Shown piece after piece: positions 53,201-64,000 of a stretch of 64,000 bases of DNA. The translations under genes were made by a program, and so were the position numbers. Source of the DNA: Octopus vulgaris (taxonomy: Eukaryota); assembly GCA_951406725.2 (NCBI GenBank), contig OX597814.1:84444001-84508000 (forward strand), given 5' to 3'. Each line of letters opens with the position of its first letter. Position 1 is the stretch's first letter. The notes beneath the pieces are model-generated. The model was not told the origin of the DNA. It saw only the letters and a list, made by a program, of their open reading frames with translations, and did not search any database.

Positions 53201-56200
53201 TACACTCTGTAAAGTGGCCAATGCTAGGAAGGGCATCCATCCACAGAAACCAATCAAAAACAAACACATAGAACCTGGGCAGCTCTTCAGCTGGCCAACT
53301 ATTGTCAAACCATCCAACCCTTGCCAGTATAGAGAACAGACATTAAATAATGATGATGGCGGTAGTGGTGGTGGTTGCTGTCATTGTCATTGTTATGGCA
53401 TCACAGCACAGTGCTACGTTGACCAGATCCTAAGACCTCACATCATGCCCTTCTCTGCATGTCACTAAAGCCACGTGTTTCAGCAGGACAATGCTCTTTC
53501 CCACACGGCCAGGGTCACCATGGACTTCCTACATCAGCACATCAGAACCATGCTGTGGCCAGCTCTCAGCCTGCCAATTGAACACCTGTGGGATGAAATT
53601 CAGAGATAGCTGAACCAGGTGGTCCCAAGGCTGACAACTCGTGTGGAAATGGAGGCAGCTTTCCTCAGGGTGTGGGCATAGGTAGCAATGGCTTTTATGA
53701 ACCAACCCATGCACTCCATGTACCAATGGTGTATGGCCGTTTTGAACACCCAGGGAAGGCATACACAGTATTAAACATGTCATGCCCTACAATCTTAATG
53801 TGCTGGATCCGCCCACTACCAGAACACATGACAACAACCTATAGACTGTGGTCAAAGTGCATCCAAGAAATTGACTTTATCAGATTTATCAAAATTTATC
53901 TCTGACCTAATGAAATTAAAACATATTTCACAGTCACACACATCTCGCATTTCTTTTACAGTTCAGTGTACATATGGTGCTGGTGCCACATAAAACACAC
54001 CCAATACATTCTGTGAAGTGGCTGGCATTAGGAAGGGCATTCAACTGTAGAAACCATACCAAATCAGACAGTAGAGCTTGGCAAACTCCTCAAGTTTGTC
54101 AGCTCCTGTGAAACTGTCCAACCCATACCAGTATGGAAGACAGATGTTAAATGATTCTGATGATATATGATAAGCTTCTGCACAGTTCCCATCTACCAAA
54201 CTGCATTCACAAAGTATTGGTCAGCCCAAGGTTGTGCAGAGGATAAAATCCAGAACCACAGATTGTGAAGTGAATTCCTTAACTATATAGCCATGACTAA
54301 CCTTTAATATGAGAATCCTATTTTTCTACCAGCATCATGTCAAAAAATGTTGATTTGTTATACATATCACCTATCTGTGTGTTGTTAGTTTAGATTTTGG
54401 GTTTTCAAATAAATTTTCTTTTTTTTTTCTGCTTGGCTCTTTCCATTGTTGTGTGTCTGAAAAGTGGTAAAATTTATTCAAATTTCAAAAACGATAAATA
54501 TATGCTGATAAATATATGCCATGCTTGAGAAGACCAGTCAACCCAAGAGAAATCGTGGTTGTGGCAGTTGTTGGCGTCATGTAACTGGCACCCATGCCAG
54601 TGGAACGTAAAAAGCACCTTTTGGGCATTGGGCCTCACACAAGCAACATGGTTGATGCTGGTGCCATGTAACTAGCATCTGTGCTGGAGGCACATAAAAA
54701 ACACCTTCCAAGCATTGGGCCTCACAGAGGCTATGACAAATAACAGAGACTTTTGGCAATATACTGTGCTTGAGAAGAAGCTCCATCAAGCCAAGAGAAA
54801 TTGTAGTCGTGGCAGATACTGGTGTCATGTAATTGGTACCCATGTTGGTGGCAGACAAAAGCACCCATTACACTCTCAGAGTTGTTGGCATGTAGAAACC
54901 ATGTCAGATCAGACTGGGGCCTGGTGCAGCCCCTCAACTTACCAGCCCTGGTCAAACTATCCAACCCAAGCCAGCATGGACAATGGATGTTAAATGATGA
55001 TGACGATATGAAACAAGCATGTGGTATTGTGGATTAAGCTGAGAGCAAAGAACAAATCAAACTCAGCCAATTATTTCTTTTTTGAATCATACATTTTGTG
55101 AATGAAGTTCACTCTGTTGGAATCCTTCATCCCAGCAGGAATTATCATTACTTCATGAGACACCAATAGCCTTTTCAATTCTCTAGATGTCAGAGATAAA
55201 AATGAACTCTCAAGACATTTCACCTTAACATCTGTAGATACTAAGCCAACATAGATCCACATATCACCTCTTACCACCATGCAAACTACACATCATACTC
55301 CTCTTCAAGACACAAATACCTCAACCTTTCTCTATATCTCTGGATCATGGATGCGTTCAGTCTATAATTGGTGCTACTTTAACATGCAATCTATCTGGTA
55401 ATTTACACTTTAGCATGCAGTCTAACCCTAACCTAGCTTGGATCATTTCACAGCACAGACTACAGATACTGCAATAGACCACATGTTAAAGTAACACCCT
55501 ATAATCTGTATTCAGACTTCACTCTGAAAGGTGGTGTTTGCACATATGTAATCTGGATATCAGTAACAAAACCTTCCATGAACTCTGGTTCAAAGTGTCT
55601 CCCTCCACCACATCTCCAAATACATTTGCTTCCTCTAGTGCTCTCTAAACTCCTTCAGCTACCAATTTCTTGACTATATTTTCTTGTATCAAGGACATCT
55701 ATCTAACCTCACCCTCTCTCTCAAGTCATCATCTTTAACATTCACAATTCTTGACTCTCCTCCCACACTAATGCTGCCAGGGCAGAAACTCAATTCACTT
55801 ATATTAACTTGTAGCATTCTCAACTCACATTTTCCACTGAAGAAACTGACATATCAAACACTCTTGATCTCTTTCTCATCTCCAAAATAACTTCTATCAA
55901 CTCATCATCATTTCTGCATTTACTAAGTTGTCCGAGTAATGCTATATTGTGATTACCAACCACACACACACACAACATACACCCTGCCCTAACAAACTTT
56001 ATGGTATTTCATGTCAGCTGATTGGTTAATGCTCTGCCAGTTCTATACTAACTAGCCTTGATAGCCCACATGCTTTACCCATGATTCATCAAAAACAGCT
56101 AGGTAAGTGACTGAAACCAACCTCTCAGGAATGCCCCACACACAATCAAAATCAAAATTCACAACCTCAAATACTACACCAAGTAGTTCACTCAATGCAG

Positions 56201-59200
56201 TGCTATATAGTTCAGATTAAGAATGTAACCAACAATACTTAAACTACCCACCACTATGAACTAGACAACTTATACCCTCCAGCAACACCATCACCCAAAC
56301 TGCAAAGGAAGTCTCTATGCAGTATACAACCAGCAATCTCTCCCATCTACCCAACTACAATAATTATTTTAGGTCCCTTACCAAGAGATCTTTAATGATT
56401 TTGTAGAATCTGTTCTTCTACTTTTCAGTCATGATAGTTCTATAAACAGTATTCCAGTGGAGAAAGCCTCAACATTTACTGTCTACAATACATGTAACTC
56501 CAGATTGCACACACGAGGTAAATCTTTTTGAAAACTACCCCTTTCCACTTTTACAGACTCACTACCACATAGACGTACACTAAATATGAAAGCATTTGTG
56601 GTTGCACAAACTAAGGTTATAAATATTGGTCCTAACAATGTCTTTTCCACTCCAATCAAACGATGCTAGCCTTTGTCACCAAACCCTTCCTTCAGATCTC
56701 CTAATATGAAACATACAACAGCGTTATGTTCTCAAGATAATAACTCCTCTGACCCTGCCAACTGTTGTCCTATCACAGTTACTTCCAATATTTCAATGGT
56801 GATAAAGAAAACCATAAACAATAACATTCACCCCCACTTGGAATCTTTTCCCTCCTTAATCACCACCAGTATAGCTTTCATAAAGCCAGCTCTACTAAAA
56901 GAAATTTGATAAAAACAGCATTGCTACCCTTGGCATCAAATCTTTTGACAGTGTCTAGCATACAAATCTCCAAATAAAACTGTCCATCTGTAACTCATTC
57001 TTCAATCAGTAGCTTCCTGCCAGTTCACACTATGTGCTGATGGAACTCTCTGATCCACACATTAACAATTCTGCTGTGCTCCAGGGTTCAGTTTTGTCTC
57101 CCTCACTCTTCTTCCTATATATCAATGCCTGAATGTTGTCAACAATGATGATACCACCCTTCATTCTTCCCAAACTTCTTGCATTCAAGCATTGCCTACA
57201 TGCAACTTCATACCAAATCTGCACTAATTCCCTAAATAGACCTCAAAAACGGCCTCTTATGAGAGTCATGTATCCTTCAACAACACAAATAATCAAGAAA
57301 TTATTACTATCTATAACCTGAGAGTGACAGGTGTGAAGAGAATTCATTGAATGAAATACCATGACTGAAGGCATGCAGATTGATATTCTAAGAGAGATGT
57401 GGAATGTTGTAGAGGATAAGGCTTAACATGAAACTCGTTGGAAGTTACAGACAGATCAAGCTGTTGGTGATGTGTATATAGATGGACAAGAGGAACACCA
57501 AGACACTTGGAAATAGGGGGATTGAAGAAGGAAATTGAAAAGAGGAGTGGTGAATGAGACAAAGTAGTGAGAAAGGATCATTGGACACTAGGCCTCACTG
57601 AGGAAATGACAGGTGTAGCGATTTGCTGTACTTGATAAGACATGTCAAGTTAAGATCACTGTCTTCCACACATAAAGGCTTGTCCTTTCAGGTGCCGGTG
57701 CAACACAAAAAGCACCTGTGCCAGTGCTGCCTAAACGCACCCATGCTGGTGACATGTAATAAGCACCCAGCACACACTGTTCAGTGGTTGGCATTAGGAA
57801 GGTCATCCAGTACAGAGACCATGCCGAAACGAACAACTGGAGTTTGGACAGCTGGCTGGCTCCATGTCAACCTATCCAACCTATTCCAGCATGGAAAGCA
57901 GACTTCAAACGATGATGATGATGAAAAAAATTACAGAGGGTAAGGAGTATGATAGCAAAAGAGGCAGCAATGGAAGTTCCAAGCCAGCCTATATGGTTGT
58001 AAACAAAGTGGGGAGCAAGCGCACAGACAGAATGTACACAGGAGAATGTTCAGAAACTATATAGATTCAGAGGAGAATCAATAAGAGATGTTTAAGATTG
58101 CAAAGCAATTAACAAAGGAGATGTGATATGAAAGAAGTGAGTTGCTTAAAGGATGAACTTCAAATAAATTGTTGTGGATCCAAACTGAATTAAAGGAAGA
58201 TGGTAGAGATATAGAGAAGTTGTTAAATGTAGAGAATAAATGAGATAGTAACATAGAGAGCAGTCTGGTTCTAAGGGCCAGCAAAGGTGATAACTGAGAA
58301 AGATGAAGAAGCAATAAAAAAATGTAGGTTTGTAAAGCAAGAGAGCCAACAAAAGTTGAAGAGATATATATATATATTAACCTTTTAGCATTCAGATTAT
58401 TCTGCCAAATGTGATGGTTATTTATTCACATTGTTTTGAATTAATCACAAATTATCTCATAGCTTTGAAATTTTGAAGATGTGATTGTATATTTTTAGTA
58501 TGACATTGTAAAGTAGATGTGAGAGGCCAAATCTGGCCAGTTTGAGCATAAACATGTAGAATATTTGGGCTGGATATAGCCAGTTTAAATGCTAGAGGGT
58601 TAAAAGTAATAGAAAGGAAAGGTGTCAAGAAAATAACAGGGAGCTTTAGGCTGGTGGTGAATGAACACAGTATTGCAGTGTATTGGGAGTTAAGTATTTT
58701 CATTCCACTGCACAAGGGGGGAAATGATTCTCTGGACTGTGGTTTGTAGAGAATAATTATATTACTGAAGCATGGAATGAAGGAATTCTAAAGTGTGTTT
58801 GAGAAGAGGACATGGAAGAAGTTAAGATGCAGCTTGGATTTATGACATAAAGACGAACAACTATAATTTTCTACTGTAAGACAGTTGCAGGAGAAGTACG
58901 AGAGAAACAGGAAAAAATTGTTTATTGAGTTTGTTGATAAAGAGAAAACTCTCAATAAGATTTCTCATGAAGTGACAAGATGGACTCTGAGAAAGAGTGG
59001 AAGAATAGTTAGAGTATTGGTGATGATGTATTAGAGAGCTTGTACAACTGTAAAGATGGTGGACAGCAGTATTAAGCCCACTACTATTTATAATTGCAAT
59101 GTAAGTTCTGGCAAGAAATGTAAAGGAAAGTTTTTCATGGAGGTTGCTGTACACTGATGATTTGATGTTAACAAAGGAGAGTGTGGGTAGACTGAAGAAG

Positions 59201-62200
59201 TAAGTGAATAGATAAAGGCAAATGAAAGATGAAGCTGATAGAGAAAGGCAAAGCATATGGTTGGGTGAAAATAACAGGAAAGGTGCCATGTACAAGAAGC
59301 ATATCAGAGTAAGCTGTTTTAAATGTACAACATGCACTAGCTGGGTTCATAAAAAATGTGGTGTGAAAGTGTTATTTACTTATGTGGCAGTTACATAAGT
59401 TGGTACATTAAGGAATGTATGCAAGCAGCTGCAAATGGAGAGCATGTTGAACTAGGTCTTAGAAACAGCATGAAGATGAAAGGTAGGATACCATTTAGTT
59501 ACCTAGGAGACACTGAATGGAGAAAGTAGACTGAACTTAGCAATGGTAGCTAGAGTTGAGTAGCATACTAATGAGGGGAGTATTGCTGAAACTGATGGGA
59601 GAGATATACACTGCCTGAGTGAAAAATGCTTTAATTTATAGGAGTGAGAGATGGGTGTTGTGAAGTGAAACAGGATAAAATGGCTGGGTTACGTACTGAG
59701 GAAGGATGAAGGTGACTTAGCGAGAAGAGTGATGGAAATACATGTGGAAAGAAGTAAAGGAAAGAAATGACCAAGAAAAATATAGCTAATGATAGCAGAG
59801 GAAATTAGGGTAAGGTGTTTGGTGGTGGGAGGATGTAGAAGATATAGCAAAATAAAGAAGAACATCATGGGATTCACAAAGCTAACATATTTTAGTAGAA
59901 AAAAGTGGTCTTAAAATAATGCTTGTTGTATTGGGTTATCCCATAAATAATGTGTTTTTTATCAATTGCATGAACTAAAAGTCAGAGGGAGATGGGGTAA
60001 ACTACCTGCATCAACTTGCTATAAAAGCAGGTAGTAATTTTACCTTGTACTTTTTCTTAGTGCAAGTTTTGAAGAGTGCAGTTCGATTTTAACAGTTATT
60101 TTTTCAAAGCTAAAATGGAAGTGACAAAGGAGCATATTCAGCATATTTTGCTCATAAGAATTCAATAAAGGTAACAACAAAATGGAAAGTGCAAGGAATA
60201 TTAATGTAACATATGGAGATTGGACAATAAGCATAAGCCAGTGTCAATGGTGGTTCCAGAAATTCCGAGCCGGACTACAGCCTAGAAGATGAACCTTGTC
60301 CTGGAAGATCTCTAGAACTCAGAAAGGACATCCTGCAAATACGGTGGCACAAAATTCAATCGTAACTATTGAGGAACTAGCAGAGATGCTTGGATCTGGT
60401 CATTCAACCATTCATTGACACCTGTGTACTATTGGAAAAGTCACCAAATAGGGTCAACAGGTTCCTCACAAACTTTACAAGTCTAATCGCATGCAGAGAG
60501 TGAATGTATGCTCTTTTTGCTGTCACATCTCACGAATGAACCTTTTTTGGACCAAATAGTGACTGGTGATGAGAAATGGGTTCTCTATAAAAATGTCAAG
60601 CACCAAAGACAGTGGGTAGAGAAAGAAACACTGACACTCCATGCTAAAGAAAGTCTTCACCCATGTAAAGTATTGTTATCTATTTGGTGGGATATGAAAG
60701 GTTTAGTTCATGTTGAACTTTAAACCCAAACCAAACATCAACAAGGGAGATCTACTTTGTTTATCTTAATTTTCAATAATAAAAGAAGTATAAAAAAACC
60801 GCATTATTTATGGGATGACCCAAAACTTCACCCACCCTACCCTTCATATAGGCGGTATCAAACTAGAAAACTGATGATAACAAATGCTATACCCCTCTAT
60901 CATTGAGGCTTGTTTTCTTTTTGACAAATGCACTTATTAACTTCCTACTCATTCATATCCACCTCTCATTAACCATATTGTGAAACACCAAACTGAACAG
61001 TACACCTAGTCTTTCCACCTCAGAAAGTCATACTTTTAGAATTTTATGGGACAGGTTTCCTCTTTTGCCATGAAGATTTTTTATTTTATTTTTTATTTGT
61101 TTGCATAACATTTTACTAAAAATGTCATTAAAAAATTAATATATTCAAGAAAAAATTTCACATTATTTTTAAAAGTTTTCATTAGGTGTATGAAGGTGTT
61201 ATAGGTGAATGCCCTAATTTGCTTTGGACAGAGAAGTTGAAGATTGCTTGTTCTGTTATCTGGGTTTGTGGAACTGGAAAGAAAAATGTGGTAGGAGCTA
61301 AAAGAGTAAAAAAAAAAAAACGTCAGATATGTAAGATACACAGCTGAGCCAGTGTTCTGAATTGAAGAGAAAAGCTCACCTGATTCATCATTATTTTCAG
61401 CTGGTTCAGAATTTTGGTTATCTGTACATTCAAGTTCTTCAGTGATAGTTAAGGGTTCAAGATCTTTAAGATTACCTCGCTGACATTCTTTCTCCAATTC
61501 ACGGGAATAATGAAGACAAGGAATTGCACTTACAGGAATGTCATGTTTCTAGCAAAATAGAAACAAAATACAAAAGTAAAGAAATTTTGATCTTGTGATT
61601 GTTTATTTTTAGAATAACACTGGCAGGTTTGAACATAAAACAGGTAGAATATTTGAGTCAGTTATGGATGGTTTAAATGCTAAAGGGTTAAACAATCAAC
61701 TGAAATGATTGCCAGTAACTATTCTAGGATTATTACACTGTTTTCTTTTAAAGATTCATTTTCCACAGGTTATCAAGGCTTTTTGATGTTGCAGTATACA
61801 ACAATATATCTGGTATATTATTGCATACTGTAACAGCATAAGCTTTTATAATTTAATGTGTTTCTAAACACTTGAATAGCAATATAACCTTTTTTTCAGT
61901 TCCAGGGGCTGAAACAAGTAGATATATGTTTTGCTAAGTTAGGCTAAAGGATTAAATAGGAGCCATTCAGATATGTGACCAAAATGACTGAACCCTTTTC
62001 ACAATAACATCATTTGTAAATACTAACCCACTGACAAGGTGGAAACATTGAAACAAGTAGTACCATCTACTCTGACCAAGAACAAAGCCCAAGTCCTGCA
62101 GTATGTTTTCAAATATACAATTAGTCTTTTTTAATGTGTAATTATCACAAAAAATGTAAAGATAGATACATGGCAGTAAGTGCATGAGTTCAAACTCTTT

Positions 62201-64000
62201 GTGCTCTAAACAAAATTATTTGCTGAAAGTTGCTCATGAATAGCTACAACACTAACACCTATTTTGAAAGCCTTATGATTTTAGCACTGTCAAAACAGTT
62301 CTGTGTTGTCTCCACGACCTTTTGTCATTATACTAGCCAATATTATTCCATTCCTATCATACAGCATAACATCTTTTTAGCATCAAATTTTTAAAGATTT
62401 CTTTTTATCCATAGTACCTCATCCATATAAATAACATAAAAACATTTTACAATTCCTCTACACCTTTTCTTTCCAAGAGAACCCCAAAAGTAAACAGTAA
62501 TTGCCTTATGTCTTAGACAACTTGTTACATAAAAAGTCAAAACCAGTGTACTAACCATACTTAGAAGAGTACAGTATTGGTTTCAAATTTTGGCACAAGG
62601 CTAGCAACTGCAGGGCAGGGAGTAAGCCAACTGCATCGAATCCAGTACTCAACTGGTACTATTTTACTGACCTCAAGAGGAATTTGAACTCGGAATGTAT
62701 AGACAGACGAAATGCAACTTAAACATTTTGCTTGGCATGCTTACAATTCTGCCAGTTCAGCACCTTTTAAAGAGTATAATATTAATAAATTGAAATTTAT
62801 ATAAAAGTAATGCTATTTGCCTCTTACAAGAAAGTTTTGTTTTTATAAAAAAAAAAAAAAAACACAAAATTGTATGAAGCCAAATTAAGTAATAAGCCAT
62901 AAAAGGCTGCAAAAATAAAATGTATATATGTATGTATATATACTTACTCTGGCACTACCAGGTCCCAAGAAGTATGGTTTGGAGAGAGTACATACTCTTG
63001 ATTCTTTATGCAAATAAACTGGCATGCCACTATTATGAGTTACTATTATCCAGCCTTCTGGTAGAATGTCAAATGGATCATGGCCCCTCTCTGAAACAAT
63101 ATATTTTATTTATATAAAAGAAAAAGCATTGTTAAATAATATTGACATAAATCTGTTCAGTTTGATACAGGTATAAACTGAATAGATTCTAAAATTCAGT
63201 ATAAAATCATTAACCAAATTTTGTTCTAAATACAATATAATATTAATGTTAATTTCACATGATATTTGTAATTAAAATAATTAACTATAGTTGTAGCTAG
63301 TAAATTCTGATTGTATTAATCAGAAGAAATTTTACACAACTTTTTTTTTAATCAGAGCAGGTTCTTTAAAAAGTAAATAGGTTTATACATATAAAAAGCA
63401 ACCTTTTTAGTTCAATGATCTCATAATTAGGAATAATGATGAATAAAATTGTCAAAGTTTTTCATGTATCTGATATCATAGCAGATGTTGAAAGAAAGTT
63501 GTGTAATTCAAAAGGAAATGCAGTTATAAGATAATAGATAAGAAATAATAAAAATTATAAAATTTTCTTATGGGGATGAAAGACACTTCAAAGTAAAAAA
63601 AAAGAAAAAGAAAAAAAAAGAATAATAATAGTTTACCTTTTAAAACAATCTTTTGTACTTCAATTGGCCCCTGCGATCCGTCATCTTTTGTTTCTCCATC
63701 TGATCCAGACTTGCGGGAGTCAACCCCCTCTTCCAGCCATGCATAGACCTCATTATCATCCAAGTATTCTTCATCATCATCGTCACTAGAAAGATCAAGT
63801 GATTCCCGGCCGTTTGAAATATAACTCCGAGCACTCAGATCAGTACCCAGTCCATCATCATCCAGTTCAATATCATCTATGATTTCAAACACATGAGAAG
63901 TTTGTGCAGAATGTTCTCCACTAGGAAGTCTAGATTCTCGATCACAGTCTAAATAGGATTCAACACAGGTAATAACACTAGAAACAGGGGCCATAATTAG
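22256..64000 (-). CDS. DGCR8: DGCR8/Pasha, Microprocessor complex subunit (spliced, 16 coding exons in window, 5'-incomplete)
   Basis: Hand-assembled exons 64000-63637, 63090-62948, 61548-61380, 51700-51551, 43850-43781, 36949-36889, 35384-35312, 33775-33674, 33523-33425, 32337-32255, 31683-31583, 29410-29311, 28540-28484, 27866-27783, 26267-26157, 22333-22256. All introns are GT-AG with compatible phases; total 1845 nt = 614 aa + TGA. Motifs [59 protein letters not shown] and [16 protein letters not shown] match DGCR8 as I recall it. Confidence 0.97.
23110..23190 (+). repeat. 27-bp tandem repeat x3
   Basis: GATATCGGAATGTTGTGGGGGAGTGGT repeated three times with few changes. Confidence 0.9.
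23614..25850 (-). mobile_element. RTE-clade LINE, 5'-truncated and decayed (a further RTE fragment adjoins at ~23380-23610)
   Basis: [53 protein letters not shown]...VDMEKAFER; 3'UTR with 60-bp repeats and an (ATG)n tail. Confidence 0.92.
25905..26042 (-). mobile_element. tRNA-derived SINE of a second family (also at ~62575-62765)
   Basis: Minus-strand head GGCAGTGAGCTGGCGGAATTGTTAG...GAGTTCAAATTC (A/B-box-like) and GCCTTTCATCCTTTCAGGG core. Confidence 0.65.
26157..26267 (-). CDS. DGCR8: DGCR8 exon, C-terminal tail (Drosha-binding helix)
   Basis: ttcAG / GTCAGT; [37 protein letters not shown]. Confidence 0.96.
27783..27866 (-). CDS. DGCR8: DGCR8 exon, end of dsRBD2
   Basis: tccAG / GTAAGA; [28 protein letters not shown]. 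Confidence 0.97.
28037..28248. mobile_element. piggyBac-like MITE (~220-bp family)
   Basis: TTAA-CCCxTTAGCATT...AATGCTxAAGGG-TTAA. Other copies at ~32543-32678, 43914-44133, 51892-52102 and 58378-58603; partial copies at ~9847, 61590-61691 and the split copy ~7125-7851. Confidence 0.8.
28484..28540 (-). CDS. DGCR8: DGCR8 exon, dsRBD2
   Basis: ttcAG / GTACGT; [19 protein letters not shown]. Confidence 0.96.
28669..28908. mobile_element. hAT (Charlie-like) MITE
   Basis: TIR CAGTGGTTCTCAACC / GGTTGAGAACGATTG with perfect 8-bp TSD ATTTAGAG (28661-28668, 28909-28916). A related element lies at ~35692-36010. Confidence 0.85.
29311..29410 (-). CDS. DGCR8: DGCR8 exon, dsRBD2
   Basis: tgtAG / GTAAGT; [33 protein letters not shown]. 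Confidence 0.96.
29561..30665. mobile_element. Merlin-like non-autonomous DNA transposon, second subfamily, ~280-bp TIRs
   Basis: Termini GGATCTGTTCA / TGAACAGATCC; perfect 8-bp TSD ATTGTTGT (29553-29560, 30666-30673). The inner TIR sequence is homologous to 11914-13670. Confidence 0.8.
31583..31683 (-). CDS. DGCR8: DGCR8 exon, linker and start of dsRBD2
   Basis: ttcAG / GTAAGC; [33 protein letters not shown](R). Confidence 0.97.
32255..32337 (-). CDS. DGCR8: DGCR8 exon, end of dsRBD1 and linker
   Basis: tttAG / GTAAGT; (A)[27 protein letters not shown]. Confidence 0.95.
33425..33523 (-). CDS. DGCR8: DGCR8 exon, dsRBD1
   Basis: tgtAG / GTGAAT; [32 protein letters not shown] (KKxAK dsRBD motif). 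Confidence 0.97.
33674..33775 (-). CDS. DGCR8: DGCR8 exon, start of dsRBD1
   Basis: ttcAG / GTAAGT; [33 protein letters not shown]. Confidence 0.97.
34790..35158 (+). mobile_element. CR1-like LINE 3' end with (AATC)n tail
   Basis: Ends GGCGGTGCCTCAGCATGGCCACAGCTCATGAGCTGAAACTAGAATCAATCAATC, homologous to the tail at 48556-48612. Confidence 0.6.
35312..35384 (-). CDS. DGCR8: DGCR8 exon
   Basis: tacAG / GTAATT; [24 protein letters not shown]. Confidence 0.93.
36327..36487. repeat. Inverted repeat, ~60-bp arms with ~35-nt spacer
   Basis: AACACACTGATGAAAAATGCACTTGTATTTAAAAAGAATATCCTCTAACCAAAAAAACTCA pairs with TGACTTTTTTTGGTTAAAGGATATTCCTTTTAAATATAACTGCATTTTTCATCAAGTGTGTT. Confidence 0.88.
36889..36949 (-). 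CDS. DGCR8: DGCR8 exon
   Basis: tgcAG / GTAAGT; [20 protein letters not shown], completing KFKTWKERR. Confidence 0.94.
37712..41596 (+). mobile_element. Ty3/gypsy LTR retrotransposon, near full-length and decayed, antisense in a DGCR8 intron
   Basis: Direct LTRs ~37712-37968 and ~41296-41596 (TGTTG...CAACA-type ends, diverged). Gag zinc knuckle [14 protein letters not shown], protease DKGA, RT, RNase H ([15 protein letters not shown]) and integrase ([19 protein letters not shown]) in RT-RH-IN order, with many stops. Confidence 0.9.
42094..43669. mobile_element. piggyBac-like non-autonomous element
   Basis: TTAA at 42090-42093 and 43670-43673; TIR CCCTTTCGTTACTA / TAGTAACAAAAGAG; CpG-richer than the flanks. 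Confidence 0.82.
42582..43113. repeat. ~178-bp tandem repeat x3 inside the piggyBac-like element
   Basis: TTCCAGACCACATC recurs at ~42584, 42762 and 42941; units are nearly identical. Confidence 0.95.
43781..43850 (-). CDS. DGCR8: DGCR8 exon, Rhed C-terminal part
   Basis: tttcAG / GTAAGT; (D)[22 protein letters not shown](K). Confidence 0.95.
45317..46035. mobile_element. Penelope-like remnant: inverted ~170-200-bp arms, each with a hammerhead-like motif, around an AC-rich spacer
   Basis: Arms ~45329-45528 and ~45865-46034. Plus copy: CTGATGA 45966-45972 ... GAAAC 46023-46027 CGATTGG. Minus copy: CTAATGA ... GAAACCGATTGGTA with stem I TGGCT/AGCCA. Confidence 0.65.
46230..46810 (+). mobile_element. 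RTE LINE internal fragment
   Basis: Homologous to 25150-25760 ([23 protein letters not shown]), in the opposite orientation. Confidence 0.8.
48556..49945 (-). mobile_element. CR1/Jockey-group LINE 3' portion, decayed
   Basis: Minus-strand remnants GMPRGTV (for GVPQGTV) and NADDTK; 3' tail GGTGGTGCCCTAGCATGGCCACAGCC...CTGAAAC followed by AGAAGAATAAAAGAA. Confidence 0.75.
49950..50320. repeat. Compound microsatellite/low-complexity block (TG, CA, AT, AGAT)
   Basis: Visible directly; source of several spurious ORFs. Confidence 0.9.
50591..50968 (+). mobile_element. Full-length tRNA/CORE-type SINE
   Basis: Same family as 4368-4773, with an intact GGTGCAGGTGTGGCTGTGTGGTAAGAAG head. Confidence 0.85.
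51551..51700 (-). CDS. DGCR8: DGCR8 exon, Rhed linker
   Basis: poly-T cAG acceptor, GTAATT donor, 150 nt phase 1-1; FPAISEND...[17 protein letters not shown]. Confidence 0.88.
53395..53968 (+). mobile_element. Tc1-like (DD34E) transposase 3' remnant with right TIR
   Basis: [18 protein letters not shown]...[13 protein letters not shown]; ends CAGTG followed by TA. Confidence 0.75.
55200..57320 (+). mobile_element. Old, highly decayed CR1/L2/Jockey-group LINE
   Basis: Remnants [36 protein letters not shown]; boundaries approximate. Confidence 0.55.
57930..59890 (+). mobile_element. Old decayed RTE LINE interrupted by a piggyBac-like MITE at 58378-58603
   Basis: Purine-rich plus strand with remnants [15 protein letters not shown] and YLGD; boundaries approximate. 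Confidence 0.55.
59931..60823 (+). mobile_element. mariner element, internally deleted
   Basis: TIR TTGGGTTATCCCATAAATAATG / CATTATTTATGGGATGACCCAA with TA on the left. Transposase remnants: HTH region, QVPHKL, and [19 protein letters not shown]...KVLLSIWWD. Confidence 0.9.
61380..61548 (-). CDS. DGCR8: DGCR8 exon with heme-ligand IPCL motif
   Basis: gctAG acceptor, GTGAGC donor; [20 protein letters not shown]...ENNDES. Confidence 0.95.
62948..63090 (-). CDS. DGCR8: DGCR8 exon, WW-motif part of the Rhed domain
   Basis: tttcAG acceptor, GTAAGT donor; [47 protein letters not shown]. Confidence 0.97.
63637..64000 (-). CDS. DGCR8: DGCR8 exon, acidic N-terminal region (runs off window edge)
   Basis: Open frame ...[22 protein letters not shown]...EVQKIVLK, then donor G/GTAAAC; phase 1 joins the next exon (G+AG=E). 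Confidence 0.92.

Noticed and set aside
54445-54500. Another possible hammerhead (CTGAAAA...AAAAACG)
   Set aside because: Both core boxes deviate and no convincing stems I-III form.
61093-61379. ORF-track extensions of DGCR8 exons past their donors (also 63524-63636, 36667-36888, 33363-33424)
   Set aside because: Read-through into introns; the low-complexity F/L/I-rich translations begin right after canonical GT donors.
63992-63994. ATG at 63994 as the DGCR8 start codon
   Set aside because: The frame stays open to the window edge, so the exon probably continues upstream; the start cannot be assigned here.

Overview
AT-rich, intron-rich animal genomic DNA. The repeat families (tRNA/CORE-type SINEs with AAGAATAA tails, RTE LINEs with (ATG)n tails) look like a coleoid cephalopod, probably Octopus; this is recognition from memory, not a database result. 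The one host gene I can support is DGCR8/Pasha (Microprocessor subunit) on the minus strand. I assembled 16 GT-AG coding exons by hand from the window edge (64000) to TGA at 22256-22258, giving 614 in-frame codons plus stop: acidic N-region, WW/Rhed with the IPCL heme Cys, two dsRBDs and the C-terminal tail. The 5' end lies beyond the window. About 8.5 kb of repeat-poor sequence follows the stop codon and is probably a long 3'UTR. The rest is transposon-derived: a Tx1-clade LINE next to a U2-snRNA-like 31-mer and a (TC)n tract, RTE and CR1-like LINEs, a decayed Ty3/gypsy element with both LTRs, mariner/maT/Tc1 remnants, Merlin-like elements with 8-bp TSDs, piggyBac-like and hAT MITEs, and many SINEs. 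The most unusual signal is three unrelated palindromes (7882-8136, 18884-19084, 45317-46035), each a back-to-back inverted pair of minimal type I hammerhead-ribozyme-like motifs of the Penelope-like kind. One lies in the putative DGCR8 3'UTR, where its stem base overlaps an AATAAA. All cores carry at least one deviation from consensus, so catalytic activity is unproven.
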